Source of the DNA: Cyanosarcina radialis HA8281-LM2
GTDB taxonomy: Bacteria > Cyanobacteriota > Cyanobacteriia > Cyanobacteriales > CCAP-1448
DNA: 62,573 nt
NCBI GenBank assembly: GCA_019359615.1
Contig: JAHHHA010000035.1
Coordinates: forward strand, 1-62,573
Direction: 5' to 3'
Shown: in pieces, positions 47,409 through 57,800 of the stretch
Layout of the letters: every line of letters starts with the position of its first letter
Position numbering within the stretch: position 1 is the stretch's first letter
Notes under the pieces: model-generated
What the model was told of the DNA's origin: nothing
Database searches by the model: none
What the model saw: only the letters and a program-made list of their open reading frames with translations
Position numbers and translations under genes: made by a program

Positions 47409-50039
47409 ATGCAGCCGATTCGTACATTTAACGTCTCTCCTTCTCTACCGTCCCAAATCGAGCCTCTGCGGAAGCTGGCCTACAACTTGCAGTGGGATTG
47501 GAACGTGGAAGCCAAAGAGCTATTTCGCCGCCTCGATCGCGATTTGTGGGAATCGAGCCGCCACAACCCCGTCTTGATGCTCGGAACCATTAGCCAAGCA
47601 CGCCTTCAGGAAGTAGCAGAGGACGAAGGGTTTTTGGCCCATATGGATCGAGCCATTCGCCTGTTGGAGGAATACCTGCAAAATCGCACCTGGTATCGCC
47701 GCCACCGAAGTCAGAAGTCAGAAGTCAGAAGTCAGGAGTCAGAAGTCAAAAGTCAAAAGTCAAAAGTCAAAAGCCAGGAGCCAGAAAGCTCTCAGGAGTG
47801 TTTTGCCTACTTCTGTGCCGAATTTGGTTTAGTTGACTGCTTGCCGATCTATTCAGGGGGATTGGGCGTGCTAGCTGGCGATCACCTCAAAGCTGCCAGC
47901 GACTTAGGGCTACCTTTAGTAGCTGTCGGTTTGCTATATCAAGAAGGCTACTTCGCTCAATATCTCAACGCCGATGGCTGGCAGCAAGAACGCTACCCGA
48001 TCAACGACTTTTATAATATGCCCTTGCAGCTAGAACGTCAGCCCGACGGTACGGAACTGCGCATTGAAGTCGATTACCCAGAAAGAAAAGTCTACGCGCG
48101 AGTTTGGCGGGTTCAGGTGGGAACCGTACCGCTTTACCTGCTAGATACCAATATCGAACCGAATAACTCCTACGACCACGACATCACCGACGAACTCTAT
48201 GGCGGCGACCTCGATATGCGAATTCACCAGGAAATGATGCTGGGAATCGGCGGCGTGAGGATGTTGCAGGCTTTGGGATACAAACCGACGGTCTATCATT
48301 TGAATGAAGGTCACTCTGGATTTTTGATTTTAGAACGCATCCGGATGTTAATTGAGGAAGAAGGACTAACATTTGCCCAAGCAAAAGAATTGGCCCGATC
48401 GACTCAAGTTTTTACCACCCATACCCCAGTTTCAGCCGGATTCGATTTGTTTGCCCCCGACCAGGCAGTGCATTATTTGGGGCGCTATGCCGAGATTTTT
48501 GGTCTGTCGCGAGAAGAGTTTTTGGGATTGGGGAGAGAAAACACGGGCGATTTTTCCTCACCTTTCAGCATGGCGGCTTTGGCTCTGAAAACTTCAAGCT
48601 TTGTCAATGGGGTGGCTAAACTTCACGGTGAAGTGTCGCGGCAGATGTTTTGCGGTCTGTGGCCAGAGTTTCCCCTCGAAGAAGTGCCAATTACTTCTAT
48701 TACTAATGGGGTACACGCTCGCAGTTGCACGGCCAGATCGACTCAAGAGTTATACGATCGCTACCTCGGGCCCGATTGGTCGGAAAAAGGGGCCGAAGAT
48801 CCTTTGTGGGAGCGGGTCTACTCGATTCCCGATGAAGAATGGTGGCGCAATCACGATCGCTGTCGATCGGAACTCGTGGTGTTTGCCAGAGAAAGGTTGG
48901 TGAAGCACCTGCGGGGCCGGGGTGCGAGTCCGCCTGAAATCGCTCAAGCTGAAGAAGTCTTAGATCCAGGGGTCTTGACTATTGGTTTTGCTCGGCGGTT
49001 TGCTACTTATAAGCGGGCAACTTTGTTCTTGCGCGATCGCGATCGCATTCAAAAGATTTTGTCAGGCGACAAACATCGGCGGGTGCAGTTCGTTATTGCG
49101 GGCAAGGCGCACCCGAAAGATATTCCAGGGAAAGAATTGATCCGCGATCTCGCCCACTTCATGCAAAAAGATGGTATGAGCCATCACGTGGTATTTCTCC
49201 CCGACTACGATATCCACGTAGCCCGATTGATGGTGGCCGGTTGCGACGTTTGGCTCAACACTCCTCGCCGTCCCCGCGAAGCTTCTGGAACCAGCGGGAT
49301 GAAAGCTGCCATAAATGGGTTGCCCAATTTGAGCATTCTCGATGGTTGGTGGGATGAAGCCGATTACGTTCGCACTGGTTGGGCTATAGGACACCGAGAA
49401 GAGTACCAAGATCTCAACTACCAAGACGACGTAGAAGCTAATGCCTTGTATGAATTACTAGAACAAGAGATCGTCCCTTTGTTTTACCAGCGGGATACTG
49501 AAGGACTGCCTCGCAAGTGGATTGCCAAAATGAAGGACGCTTTGCGGTTAAACGGTCCTAACTTTAATACCGCTAGGATGGTGAAAGAATATGCCACGCG
49601 GGCTTATTTTCCGGCGAGCGATCGCTATCGGACGATGACGGCTGACGCTTGCCAGCCAGCTAAAGAGTTAGCCAGTTGGAAGGCCAAAGCATTCGAGCGT
49701 TGGTATAACATCAAGATTGAATCAGTTGAAGTTGATGCCCCAGCGGAAATTCAGGTCGATCGAACCTTAGGGGTTAAAGCTTGTATTCACCTGGCAGGAC
49801 TTACCCCAGATGACGTTCTCGTCGAACTCTACCAAGGTCCAGTTAGCACTGACGGGCAAATTACCAATGCTACTACAGCAGTTATGGAAGAGGTCGCCCA
49901 AGACGGACAAAATCGCCACATTTACACTGCCGATATTGTCTATCATGCTTCTGGTTTGCAAGGGCTGACTCTCAGAATCTTGCCAAAACACGAAAATCTA
50001 AGCAATCCTTACGAGTTAGGATTGATTCGCTGGGCTTAA
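47409..50039 (+). CDS. glgP: Alpha-glucan phosphorylase (GlgP/GT35-family) carrying an in-frame hexanucleotide-repeat insertion
   Basis: 876 aa with conserved blocks (…YFCAEFGLVDCLPIYSGGLGVLAGDHLKAASDLGLPLVAVGLLYQEGYF…; …FARRFATYKRATL…; …KAHPKD…; …TSGMKAA…). The Ser/Gln/Lys/Glu-rich insert …SQKSEVRSQESEVKSQKSKVKSQEPESSQ… is encoded by the (AGTCAGA/AGTCAAA)n run. Confidence 0.85.
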   Translation: MQPIRTFNVSPSLPSQIEPLRKLAYNLQWDWNVEAKELFRRLDRDLWESSRHNPVLMLGTISQARLQEVAEDEGFLAHMDRAIRLLEEYLQNRTWYRRHRSQKSEVRSQESEVKSQKSKVKSQEPESSQECFAYFCAEFGLVDCLPIYSGGLGVLAGDHLKAASDLGLPLVAVGLLYQEGYFAQYLNADGWQQERYPINDFYNMPLQLERQPDGTELRIEVDYPERKVYARVWRVQVGTVPLYLLDTNIEPNNSYDHDITDELYGGDLDMRIHQEMMLGIGGVRMLQALGYKPTVYHLNEGHSGFLILERIRMLIEEEGLTFAQAKELARSTQVFTTHTPVSAGFDLFAPDQAVHYLGRYAEIFGLSREEFLGLGRENTGDFSSPFSMAALALKTSSFVNGVAKLHGEVSRQMFCGLWPEFPLEEVPITSITNGVHARSCTARSTQELYDRYLGPDWSEKGAEDPLWERVYSIPDEEWWRNHDRCRSELVVFARERLVKHLRGRGASPPEIAQAEEVLDPGVLTIGFARRFATYKRATLFLRDRDRIQKILSGDKHRRVQFVIAGKAHPKDIPGKELIRDLAHFMQKDGMSHHVVFLPDYDIHVARLMVAGCDVWLNTPRRPREASGTSGMKAAINGLPNLSILDGWWDEADYVRTGWAIGHREEYQDLNYQDDVEANALYELLEQEIVPLFYQRDTEGLPRKWIAKMKDALRLNGPNFNTARMVKEYATRAYFPASDRYRTMTADACQPAKELASWKAKAFERWYNIKIESVEVDAPAEIQVDRTLGVKACIHLAGLTPDDVLVELYQGPVSTDGQITNATTAVMEEVAQDGQNRHIYTADIVYHASGLQGLTLRILPKHENLSNPYELGLIRWA
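47706..47790 (+). repeat. (AGAAGTC)-type hexamer microsatellite, ~13 units, in-frame within glgP
   Basis: The sequence aagtcagaagtcagaagtcagaagtcaggagtcagaagtcaaaagtcaaaagtcaaaagtcaaaagccaggagccagaaagc is directly visible. Confidence 0.9.
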
Positions 50040-50242
50040 GGAAGTGTGGAGTGCTGTAGGAAGTGTGGAGTGTGAAGTGTGAAGTGTTGAGTGTTGAGTA
50101 TGGAGGCTAACAGTGCTGGCACGCAGAACTGAACGGGACTTACGCCCAACAAGGGACGATCGGCCGTTGGTAGGGGCGCAAGGCATTCATTGGTGTCAAC
50201 TTAGAGCTAAAGCCGTTGTTGCACTATGGACTTCAGCCACAA

Positions 50243-50376
50243 CCGCCAAGGGTTCAAAACCCCACAGCTTAAGCCCAAGTACATTGAAATGGATTAAGAA
50301 ACTGAATTTCCCGAAAGTCATCGAGTCCTCTTTAGAGGACTTTAGCTATGAGACAGGGGTTTTCAACCCCTGGCGG
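50243..50376. repeat. MITE-like nested-hairpin repeat, paralog of 19507-19627
   Basis: The sequence ccaagggttcaaaaccccacag…gagtcctctttagaggactt…gacaggggttttcaacccctggcgg has the same architecture as the 19.5-kb copy. Confidence 0.6.
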
Positions 50377-50438
50377 ATCGTGCTTTTGACCGTTAACTTG
50401 ACACTTATTCAAAGCATTGCGCCCCTACTAGATATGGG

Positions 50439-51575
50439 TTGCTCGTGAAGGGCGATCGCTCCGAACCACCCTTCAACCCTCAGCTATCAGAGAGGACTTC
50501 TTGGCTGGGTACAGTTTTGGCGGTGCAAGCCAATTACTATCGCGTCCGACTGGATGAGGATGGACAACTCCGAACTCCGTTGGCGCAGCCTGCGCTCGGC
50601 GCATATTCCGAACTCCGAACTCTGCTTTGCACTCGCCGCGCTCGATTGAAAAAAATCGGCCAGCAGGCAATAGTCGGCGATCGCGTGGAGGTGGTGGAGC
50701 CAGATTGGGCTGGCGGTAGAGGTGCGATCGCTAGCGTTTTGGAACGCCAAAGCGAACTCGATCGTCCTCCAATTGCTAATGTCAACCAAATATTACTGGT
50801 ATTTGCTCTAGCCGAACCTACTCTAGAACCTTACCAGTTGAGTCGATTTCTGGTGAAAGCTGAATCTACGGGATTGGAGGTATGTTTGGGACTCAATAAA
50901 AGCGATCTGATTAGTAAAAAGGAACAAAAAAAATGGCGCGATCGCTTGCGAGGGTGGGGCTACGAGCCAATATTATTTAGCGTCTCTCAAAGCAGCGGCT
51001 TAACTAAAATCCGCCGTCAGTTGCGCGGCAAAATTACTGTGATGGCAGGGATGTCGGGGGTGGGAAAATCGAGTTTAATCAATCATCTCATTCCTGGGAG
51101 CGATCTGCGGGTAGGAGAAGTATCGGGAAAACTCAACCGAGGCCGCCACACTACCCGACACGTCGAACTGTTTGAGTTACCTGGTGGCGGTTTATTGGCA
51201 GATACTCCTGGTTTCAATCAGCCAGAACTCGACTCTTTGCCAGAAGAGTTAGTAAATTATTTTCCGGAAGCTAGGCAGCGATTAGCTGCTGGCAGTTGTC
51301 AGTTTAGTAATTGCCTCCATCGAGACGAACCTAACTGTGCAGTTAGGGGAGATTGGGAGCGATACCAGCACTATCTAGATTTTCTGGAGGTAGCGATCGA
51401 GCGAAGCGATCGATTGCAGCAACAAGCTAACCCCGAATCGACTTTGAAGTTAAAAACTAAAGGCGGCAAGAAACAATACGAACCTAAGTTGGAAGTGAAA
51501 AAATACCGCCGAGTTTCCCGTCGCACTCAACAACAAGAGTTGCAGCAGTTATATCGAGAAACGGATTTAGAATAG
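50439..51575 (+). CDS. rsgA: Ribosome small-subunit-dependent GTPase A
   Basis: It has an OB-fold N-terminus, a circularly permuted GTPase (…LGLNKSDLI…GMSGVGKSSLINHL…DTPGF…) and a C-terminal zinc finger (…CQFSNCLHRDEPNCAV…). Confidence 0.85.
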   Translation: MLVKGDRSEPPFNPQLSERTSWLGTVLAVQANYYRVRLDEDGQLRTPLAQPALGAYSELRTLLCTRRARLKKIGQQAIVGDRVEVVEPDWAGGRGAIASVLERQSELDRPPIANVNQILLVFALAEPTLEPYQLSRFLVKAESTGLEVCLGLNKSDLISKKEQKKWRDRLRGWGYEPILFSVSQSSGLTKIRRQLRGKITVMAGMSGVGKSSLINHLIPGSDLRVGEVSGKLNRGRHTTRHVELFELPGGGLLADTPGFNQPELDSLPEELVNYFPEARQRLAAGSCQFSNCLHRDEPNCAVRGDWERYQHYLDFLEVAIERSDRLQQQANPESTLKLKTKGGKKQYEPKLEVKKYRRVSRRTQQQELQQLYRETDLE

Positions 51576-52150
51576 GTGGTCGCGATTGCTCGGCTAGAGT
51601 GTTGGAAAAGGTAGGTTGGGTCTAGCTCTGCGAAACCCAACACCAAAGCCAAACCCAAGACCATATGACAAAATAGCAGCCAAGCGATCGCCCTTAATGT
51701 GAGTCTCGAACGAAGGCGCAACAACGGGAAGGGCAAAAGAAAGCTACGTTTTCTTAGGAGATTTACAAACATGGTTTCATGCTCCCAAAATCGCCGCTGC
51801 CAAATAGCTTGTTCTCCTTTGCTAATTCTCGATCGATTGGGAAAATGTTGGTATTCAGCAGGGCAATGACGGCTAAATTCGCTTTTGATGAGTCGCCAAC
51901 GGCTGGAGAAATTAGCATCGTCAGGTGGTAGAGTCCAAATGCAGGGGAAATGGTCTGTAAGAGAGACGATCGCATCGATGGTGAAGGGATGACGCGCTTT
52001 GACGCTGCCGAAAGCTTGACGGAGTAAATCTATGGTGTGGGGATTTGAAAATAGGGTCTTGTTCCCTATGTTGATGTTGGGTTTCGTTCCTCAACCCAAC
52101 CTACAAGATCCGCGATCGCACTTCGCAGCTAGCATAGAAGCAGAAAAGAA

Positions 52151-52429
52151 ATGCAAGTTGCAAAAAATGGTGGGGGAAAAGTCCTGATGACGATTAAAGA
52201 TCTTTTAATTGTAGAAATTGAGTCAACGCCGGACTCTCTTCTAGCAGAGACTCTTGACTTCTTGCGCTTTTTAAAAGTGAAACACAGCCAAGAACCACCG
52301 ACTACTTCTGAAACTCAGCGAGGATCGACGGCTCAAGATTTATTAGAGTTTGCGGGTAGTTGGTCGGGCGACGATATTAGAGAATGCCTTCAACTCGCTC
52401 GTGACAGTCGTTTGCCGTTGGAATTGTAG
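52151..52429 (+). CDS. VapB-like antitoxin (92 aa)
   Basis: Small ORF ending 2 bp before the PIN-domain gene. Confidence 0.5.
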   Translation: MQVAKNGGGKVLMTIKDLLIVEIESTPDSLLAETLDFLRFLKVKHSQEPPTTSETQRGSTAQDLLEFAGSWSGDDIRECLQLARDSRLPLEL

Positions 52430-52431
52430 AC

Positions 52432-52875
52432 GTGTATTTACTTGATACTAATCACTGCACGTTTTTAATTGAGGGCGAACCAAATGTAGTCGAACATTTG
52501 CGGAGTTTAGGTCAAACTCAGATCGCCACCAGTGCAATTGTCGCTGGCGAACTTCGGTTCATGGCTCGAAACTCTCAACATCAAACCGCCAATCTCATCA
52601 AGATCGGGACATTTCTTCAGAGAATTGATGTTTATCCCGTCGATCGATCGACAGCAGAGATCTATGGAGATTTTAAGTCAGAAATCATCAAAGAATTCGG
52701 ACCTATCGAAAAAGCAAGGCGTAAAACTACCAAACTGACAGACATTGGGATTGGTGAGAATGACCTATGGATAGCAGCTACAGCTATACGTCATTCCCTA
52801 ACTCTGGTTTCCACCGATCGCGATTTCGAGCGGATGCGTCAAGTCAAAGAGTTTTCCCTGGAATCTTGGCTATGA
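52432..52875 (+). CDS. PIN-domain VapC-like toxin
   Basis: It has MYLLDTNHCTFLIEG… acidic residues at the expected positions (…ATSAIVAGEL…; …IGENDLWIAATAIRHSLTLVSTDRDF…). Confidence 0.7.
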   Translation: MYLLDTNHCTFLIEGEPNVVEHLRSLGQTQIATSAIVAGELRFMARNSQHQTANLIKIGTFLQRIDVYPVDRSTAEIYGDFKSEIIKEFGPIEKARRKTTKLTDIGIGENDLWIAATAIRHSLTLVSTDRDFERMRQVKEFSLESWL

Positions 52876-52995
52876 ACTACCCATTTTCGTCAGATCCGTA
52901 CTTTGTTTGTATTTCTGTGCGTTCTCTGGGACTGGAGCGATCGTTAAAAATTAAATGCTATCTTACAGAGAATTAGTATTACTCTGTAGTATTGA

Positions 52996-54021
52996 GTGTC
53001 AATTCGTAAGCAAATGAGCGTTTTAGTTACTGGGGCTGCTGGTTTTATTGGTTTTCACGTTGCCAAATATCTCCTCGATCGAGGCGATGAAGTTATTGGA
53101 ATTGATAGTTTAAACGATTATTACGATGTTAATTTAAAGCTCTCTCGCTTAGCTTGCCTCCAAGAGCATCCGCGTTTTCAGTTTCATAAATTAGATTTAG
53201 CCGATCGCCAAGAAATACTAAGTTTATCCGATCGCATTCGTTCGGTAAAAGTCATACACTTAGCGGCTCAAGTTGGGGTACGCTATTCGCTCAAAAATCC
53301 TTACGCTTATGTAGATAGCAACTTAGAAGGATTTATGAATATTCTGGAGAGTTGCCGTCGCTGGCAAGTGGAACATTTAGTATTTGCTTCTTCTAGTTCG
53401 GTTTATGGGGCTAATACCAAAATGCCTTTTTCAGTTCACGATAATGTCGATCATCCTTTGAGTTTTTATGCTGCTACTAAAAAAGCTAACGAATTGATGG
53501 CTCATACTTACAGCCATTTGTATGAAATGCCGATTACTGGATTGCGTTTTTTTACCGTATACGGTCCTTGGGGCAGACCGGATATGGCCATGTTTTTATT
53601 TACTAAAGCTATTTTTGAAGACCGACCGATCGATGTATTTAATTATGGTAAAATGCGCCGAGATTTTACTTATATAGATGACATTGTAGAAGGGGTAGTT
53701 CGCGTCCTCGATCGCGTACCAGAATCTAACTCTAATTGGTCGGGCGATCGGCCCGATCCAGCCACTAGCAAAGCGCCTTATCGAATTTATAATATCGGTA
53801 ACAATCAGGCAGTAGAGTTAGGAAGATTTATTGAAGTTTTAGAAAACTGCGTCGGCAAAAAATTACAGAAGAATTTTCTCCCACTTCAACTGGGAGATGT
53901 GCTTGAAACTTATGCCGATATTGACGATCTAGAACGAGATGTTGACTTTAAACCTCAAATTTCTATTGAAGAGGGAATCCCTCGATTTGTAGAATGGTAT
54001 CGCAATTATTACAAATTGTAA
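52996..54021 (+). CDS. NAD-dependent epimerase/dehydratase (UDP-glucuronate 4-epimerase-like)
   Basis: The SDR Rossmann N-terminus is [42 protein letters not shown]. The catalytic YxxxK lies in …[16 protein letters not shown]… The start may be at 53014. Confidence 0.85.
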   Translation: MSIRKQMSVLVTGAAGFIGFHVAKYLLDRGDEVIGIDSLNDYYDVNLKLSRLACLQEHPRFQFHKLDLADRQEILSLSDRIRSVKVIHLAAQVGVRYSLKNPYAYVDSNLEGFMNILESCRRWQVEHLVFASSSSVYGANTKMPFSVHDNVDHPLSFYAATKKANELMAHTYSHLYEMPITGLRFFTVYGPWGRPDMAMFLFTKAIFEDRPIDVFNYGKMRRDFTYIDDIVEGVVRVLDRVPESNSNWSGDRPDPATSKAPYRIYNIGNNQAVELGRFIEVLENCVGKKLQKNFLPLQLGDVLETYADIDDLERDVDFKPQISIEEGIPRFVEWYRNYYKL

Positions 54022-54837
54022 AGTTTGGATAAAAATGTCATCTGAAAGTGGAGAAAATCGGTATGCTTAGAGAGCATCAAATTTTCTGCATAAATCTTCT
54101 TCTGGATGACGCAAAAATACTCAATGTATTAAAAAATGAATTTTTAAGTGCGATCGAGAACGGCTAAAATTATGCCGTTACTATTAAGAGTTCGATCGAA
54201 CTCAACTGCGATCGCCATTCATTTTTAATTGTCGCGTCTTTTACCTCCTCACCTAGTCCCACACTCACAGGTTAAATACCGAATAGAAAACTCAAAAAGC
54301 TTTGGCTAGATTTGAAATCTTAGCTTGATTTCTGCCGTGACGTAATAGCCATCAAGCAATTGCTATGAGGTTCGATCGACTCAAAAGTTATATAGGGATA
54401 GGACAGTAAGAGGATATTTATGAATGCCCAAATATTGACTAAAACAATTGCCAATTCGCAATTCGCAATTCGCAATGTTTATCGTGCTACTGGTAATCGT
54501 GTAAGTCCGGCGGGCGACCTAGCAGTAGGCGTAGCGTGCTGGAGGCATTTATTGTCAACTGGTAATGCGAATTGGCTTTGACACACCAAAAATAATAAGT
54601 GTTAAGCTGTTAAACAGCTTAAGACGTACCAAAATTTATATCCAGAGAGTCATTGACAAGTCAAAAAAACAGCTTTTGACTTCCAATTTGGTATTACATA
54701 TTACCTCCAATGACTAAAATTTGATTTCCAGCATCTAAACTGATTTATGGTCGATCGACCTGTATTTTCGGTATTTTCAAAGCCCTAGATTTAACTACGG
54801 GATTTTCATCATTCATCCTTCATCCTTCATAATTCAG

Positions 54838-57800
54838 ATGACTAACTCCCCCAGGAACGATCGAGAACCAGAATCTGTGGTTTTACCTTTAGGGCAACGC
54901 CTGAAAAAGATTTGCTTGCATCCCATCACTATTACCGCAGGCACGGTGTTACTAATAGGAACTATAGGGGGAGGAATCGCCCTTTGGGTATGGATCGATC
55001 GGCAATTAGCGCCCTTGCTGCAAAAAGAATTGACTAAAACCTTAAACAGGCCAGTGCAAGTGGGTGAATTAGAAGGATTGTCCTTGAATGGCAAATTGCG
55101 GTTCGGTCCTTCAGAAATTCCTGCAACTTCTACCGATTCAGATCGCGCTTCAGTTAAAGCTGTGGAGGTAACATTTAATCCTCTTCAACTAGTATGGAAT
55201 CGGACGTTAGAGTTAGACGTTGCTTTAATCGAACCGGATATTTATCTCGAACAAGATCCCGACAAACGTTGGGTAGCAACTAAAATTCAGCGGCAAACAG
55301 GTGGAGGCGGATTTATTAAAACTGACTTGCAAGTAATTAGGGCAGAGCGAGGAAATTTGGCGTTAGTGCCTTTACCTAAAGAAGGACAACCGAAGCTTCC
55401 GGTTGGACTCAAGCAAGTAAATGGTAATGCCCGCTTGCTAGAAGAAGGTCAACTAATTAATTTCGATTTAACGGGTTTACCTGCGAATGGCGGCAATCTC
55501 AAAGTTAAAGGAGAAGCCCGTCCATCTACAGAAGAAATAAATGTAGCAGTTGCCGGACAAAAACTGCCAGCACCAGATATCGGCAGGTTGATTAGACTGC
55601 AAGGTGTGAGCATTTTAGCAGGGCAAGCCGAAGGTAATTTAACCTTACAATTGCGGCCTAAGATGCCGACATTAATATCGGGAACTACTCGACTGGAGAA
55701 TTCTATTTTTGAAATCGCTGAAGTTCCCCAATTGTTTACGAGATCGACGGGAAACTTAAGCTTTAAAGGTACAGAAGTTGGATTTGAAGATGTCACTACC
55801 ACTTATGGGCAAATTCCCGGAAGAGTAAGCGGGACGATCGATCCTAAAACTGGTTTCAATATCTCGGCTAGAACTTCGCCTGTAGAATTACCAAGGGCGC
55901 TCCAAACTTTAAATTTAAAGCTGCCCGTAGCTGCCAGCGGTCAACTGCAAGCAGACATTCGATTGACTGGCGACATCGAAGATCCGATTTTGTTAGGGAC
56001 AGTTGTTACCACTAAACCTGCTAAGGTCGATCGCTTAAATTTTCGCTCTCTAAGAAGCAACTTTCAACTGATAGACAATCGGCTTTCAATTACGGGTTTT
56101 CGCGCTCAACCGACGCTAGGCGGTTCGATTGCTGGGGTAGGACAAGTCAATTTGGGAAGAAAACCCAGCACGATTTTCAACCTGCAAGCTGAAAATCTAC
56201 CTGGTGATGCACTTGCCAATCTTTATGGTGCTAAACCGCCAATCAAAATTGGGGCAGTAGGGGGCAAAGCCCAGGTTTTTGGCCCTGAAGGTAATTTACA
56301 AACAGCTATCCAATTTTCTGCACCGCAAGCTACCTATCCGGCTACGGGAATAGTCGTCGTCACTCCAAAAAATGAAATCGTTTTTCCCGAAGCCACTTTG
56401 CAAGTCGGCAGCGGTGTAGTTAAAGGTCAAGGGCAAATTGCTAACAATCGCTGGCTAGCTTCTTTGCAAACAGCTAACGTACCCGGTCAAAGTTTAGCAC
56501 CGCTATTAGACAATAAAGTTCCGCCGATTTTTCAAGGGTTAATATCTGGTAATTTCAACCTTGCAGGTAATTTAAATACTTCCGGACAATCATCTCTTCA
56601 AGCTACCGGAGCGGGACAGTTGCAGTATTCTGAAGGTAGAGTTACCGCCTCTAATTTACGAATTGCTAACGATCGCTGGCAAGGTAATTTCACTGCTAAC
56701 AGCTTACCGATTAGTCGTCTTGCGCCCGATATCCCGTCCAATTTTCAAGGGGGAACAATTGCTGGAAATTTCAACTTATCGGGTAAGCTGACGGCTTTTA
56801 AACCAGAGACTTTGCAAGGAAACGGCGAGGGCAGGATCGCTTTTCCCAATGGCGCGGTTCAGGCGGCAAATTTGCAATTCAACGACGGTCGCTGGCGGGG
56901 TAATTTTACCACTCAACGTCTGCCGATCTCTCGGCTAGCTGACGATGTTCCTGCTAATTTTGGCATCGGAGTAATTGCTGGTAGGTTTAACTTATCTGGT
57001 AGCTTAGCTAAGGTCAATGCTAGTAATATTCAAGGTAGTGGGGCAGGAGTTGTTAATTTCCCTGACGGTCGGATTGCCACTAATAATTTAAGGTTGGATA
57101 GCGGTAATTGGCGGGGAAATTTTGGCATTAACCAATTAGCGATCGCTCGCTTAGCTCCTGAAACTCCTGCTAATTTTAAAGTGGGTCAGATCTCTGGTAA
57201 TTTCAACATAGCTGGCAACGTTGAATCGCTAACTCCAGAAAACTTAACTGGAATCGGAACGGGAGTAGTTAGTTTTCCCGACGGAACGATAAATGCTTCG
57301 ACCTTACAATTTAATAACGGTCAATGGAACGGTAACTTTGCGATCGATCGCCTCAAACTCGCTCGCTTAGCCCCAGAAACTCCTCCCAACTTTAAACCAG
57401 GACTGCTATCGGGTAATTTCAATTTAGCAGGCACTACCGAATCTCTCGCTCCCGAAAATCTAAGAGGAAATGGTAGTGGTAGAATTAGTTTTTCTGACGG
57501 TACTATTAATGCTTCTACTCTGCAATTTAATAACGGTCAGTGGAATGGTAACTTTGCGATCGATCGCCTCAAACTCGCTCGTTTAGCACCCGAAACTCCG
57601 CCCAACTTTAAGCCAGGATTGCTATCGGGAAATTTCAATTTAGCAGGGACTACAGAATCTCTCGCTCCCGAAAATCTGAGAGGAAATGGTAGTGGTAGAA
57701 TTAGTTTTTCCGACGGTATTATTAATGCTTCAACGCTGCAATTTAATAACGGTCAGTGGAACGGTAACTTTGCGATCGATCGTCTCAAACTCGCCCGATT

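Noticed and set aside
50113-50448. 111-aa ORF upstream of rsgA
   Set aside because: It overlaps the MITE-like nested-hairpin repeat (50243-50376) and its product is low-complexity. It is probably not coding.
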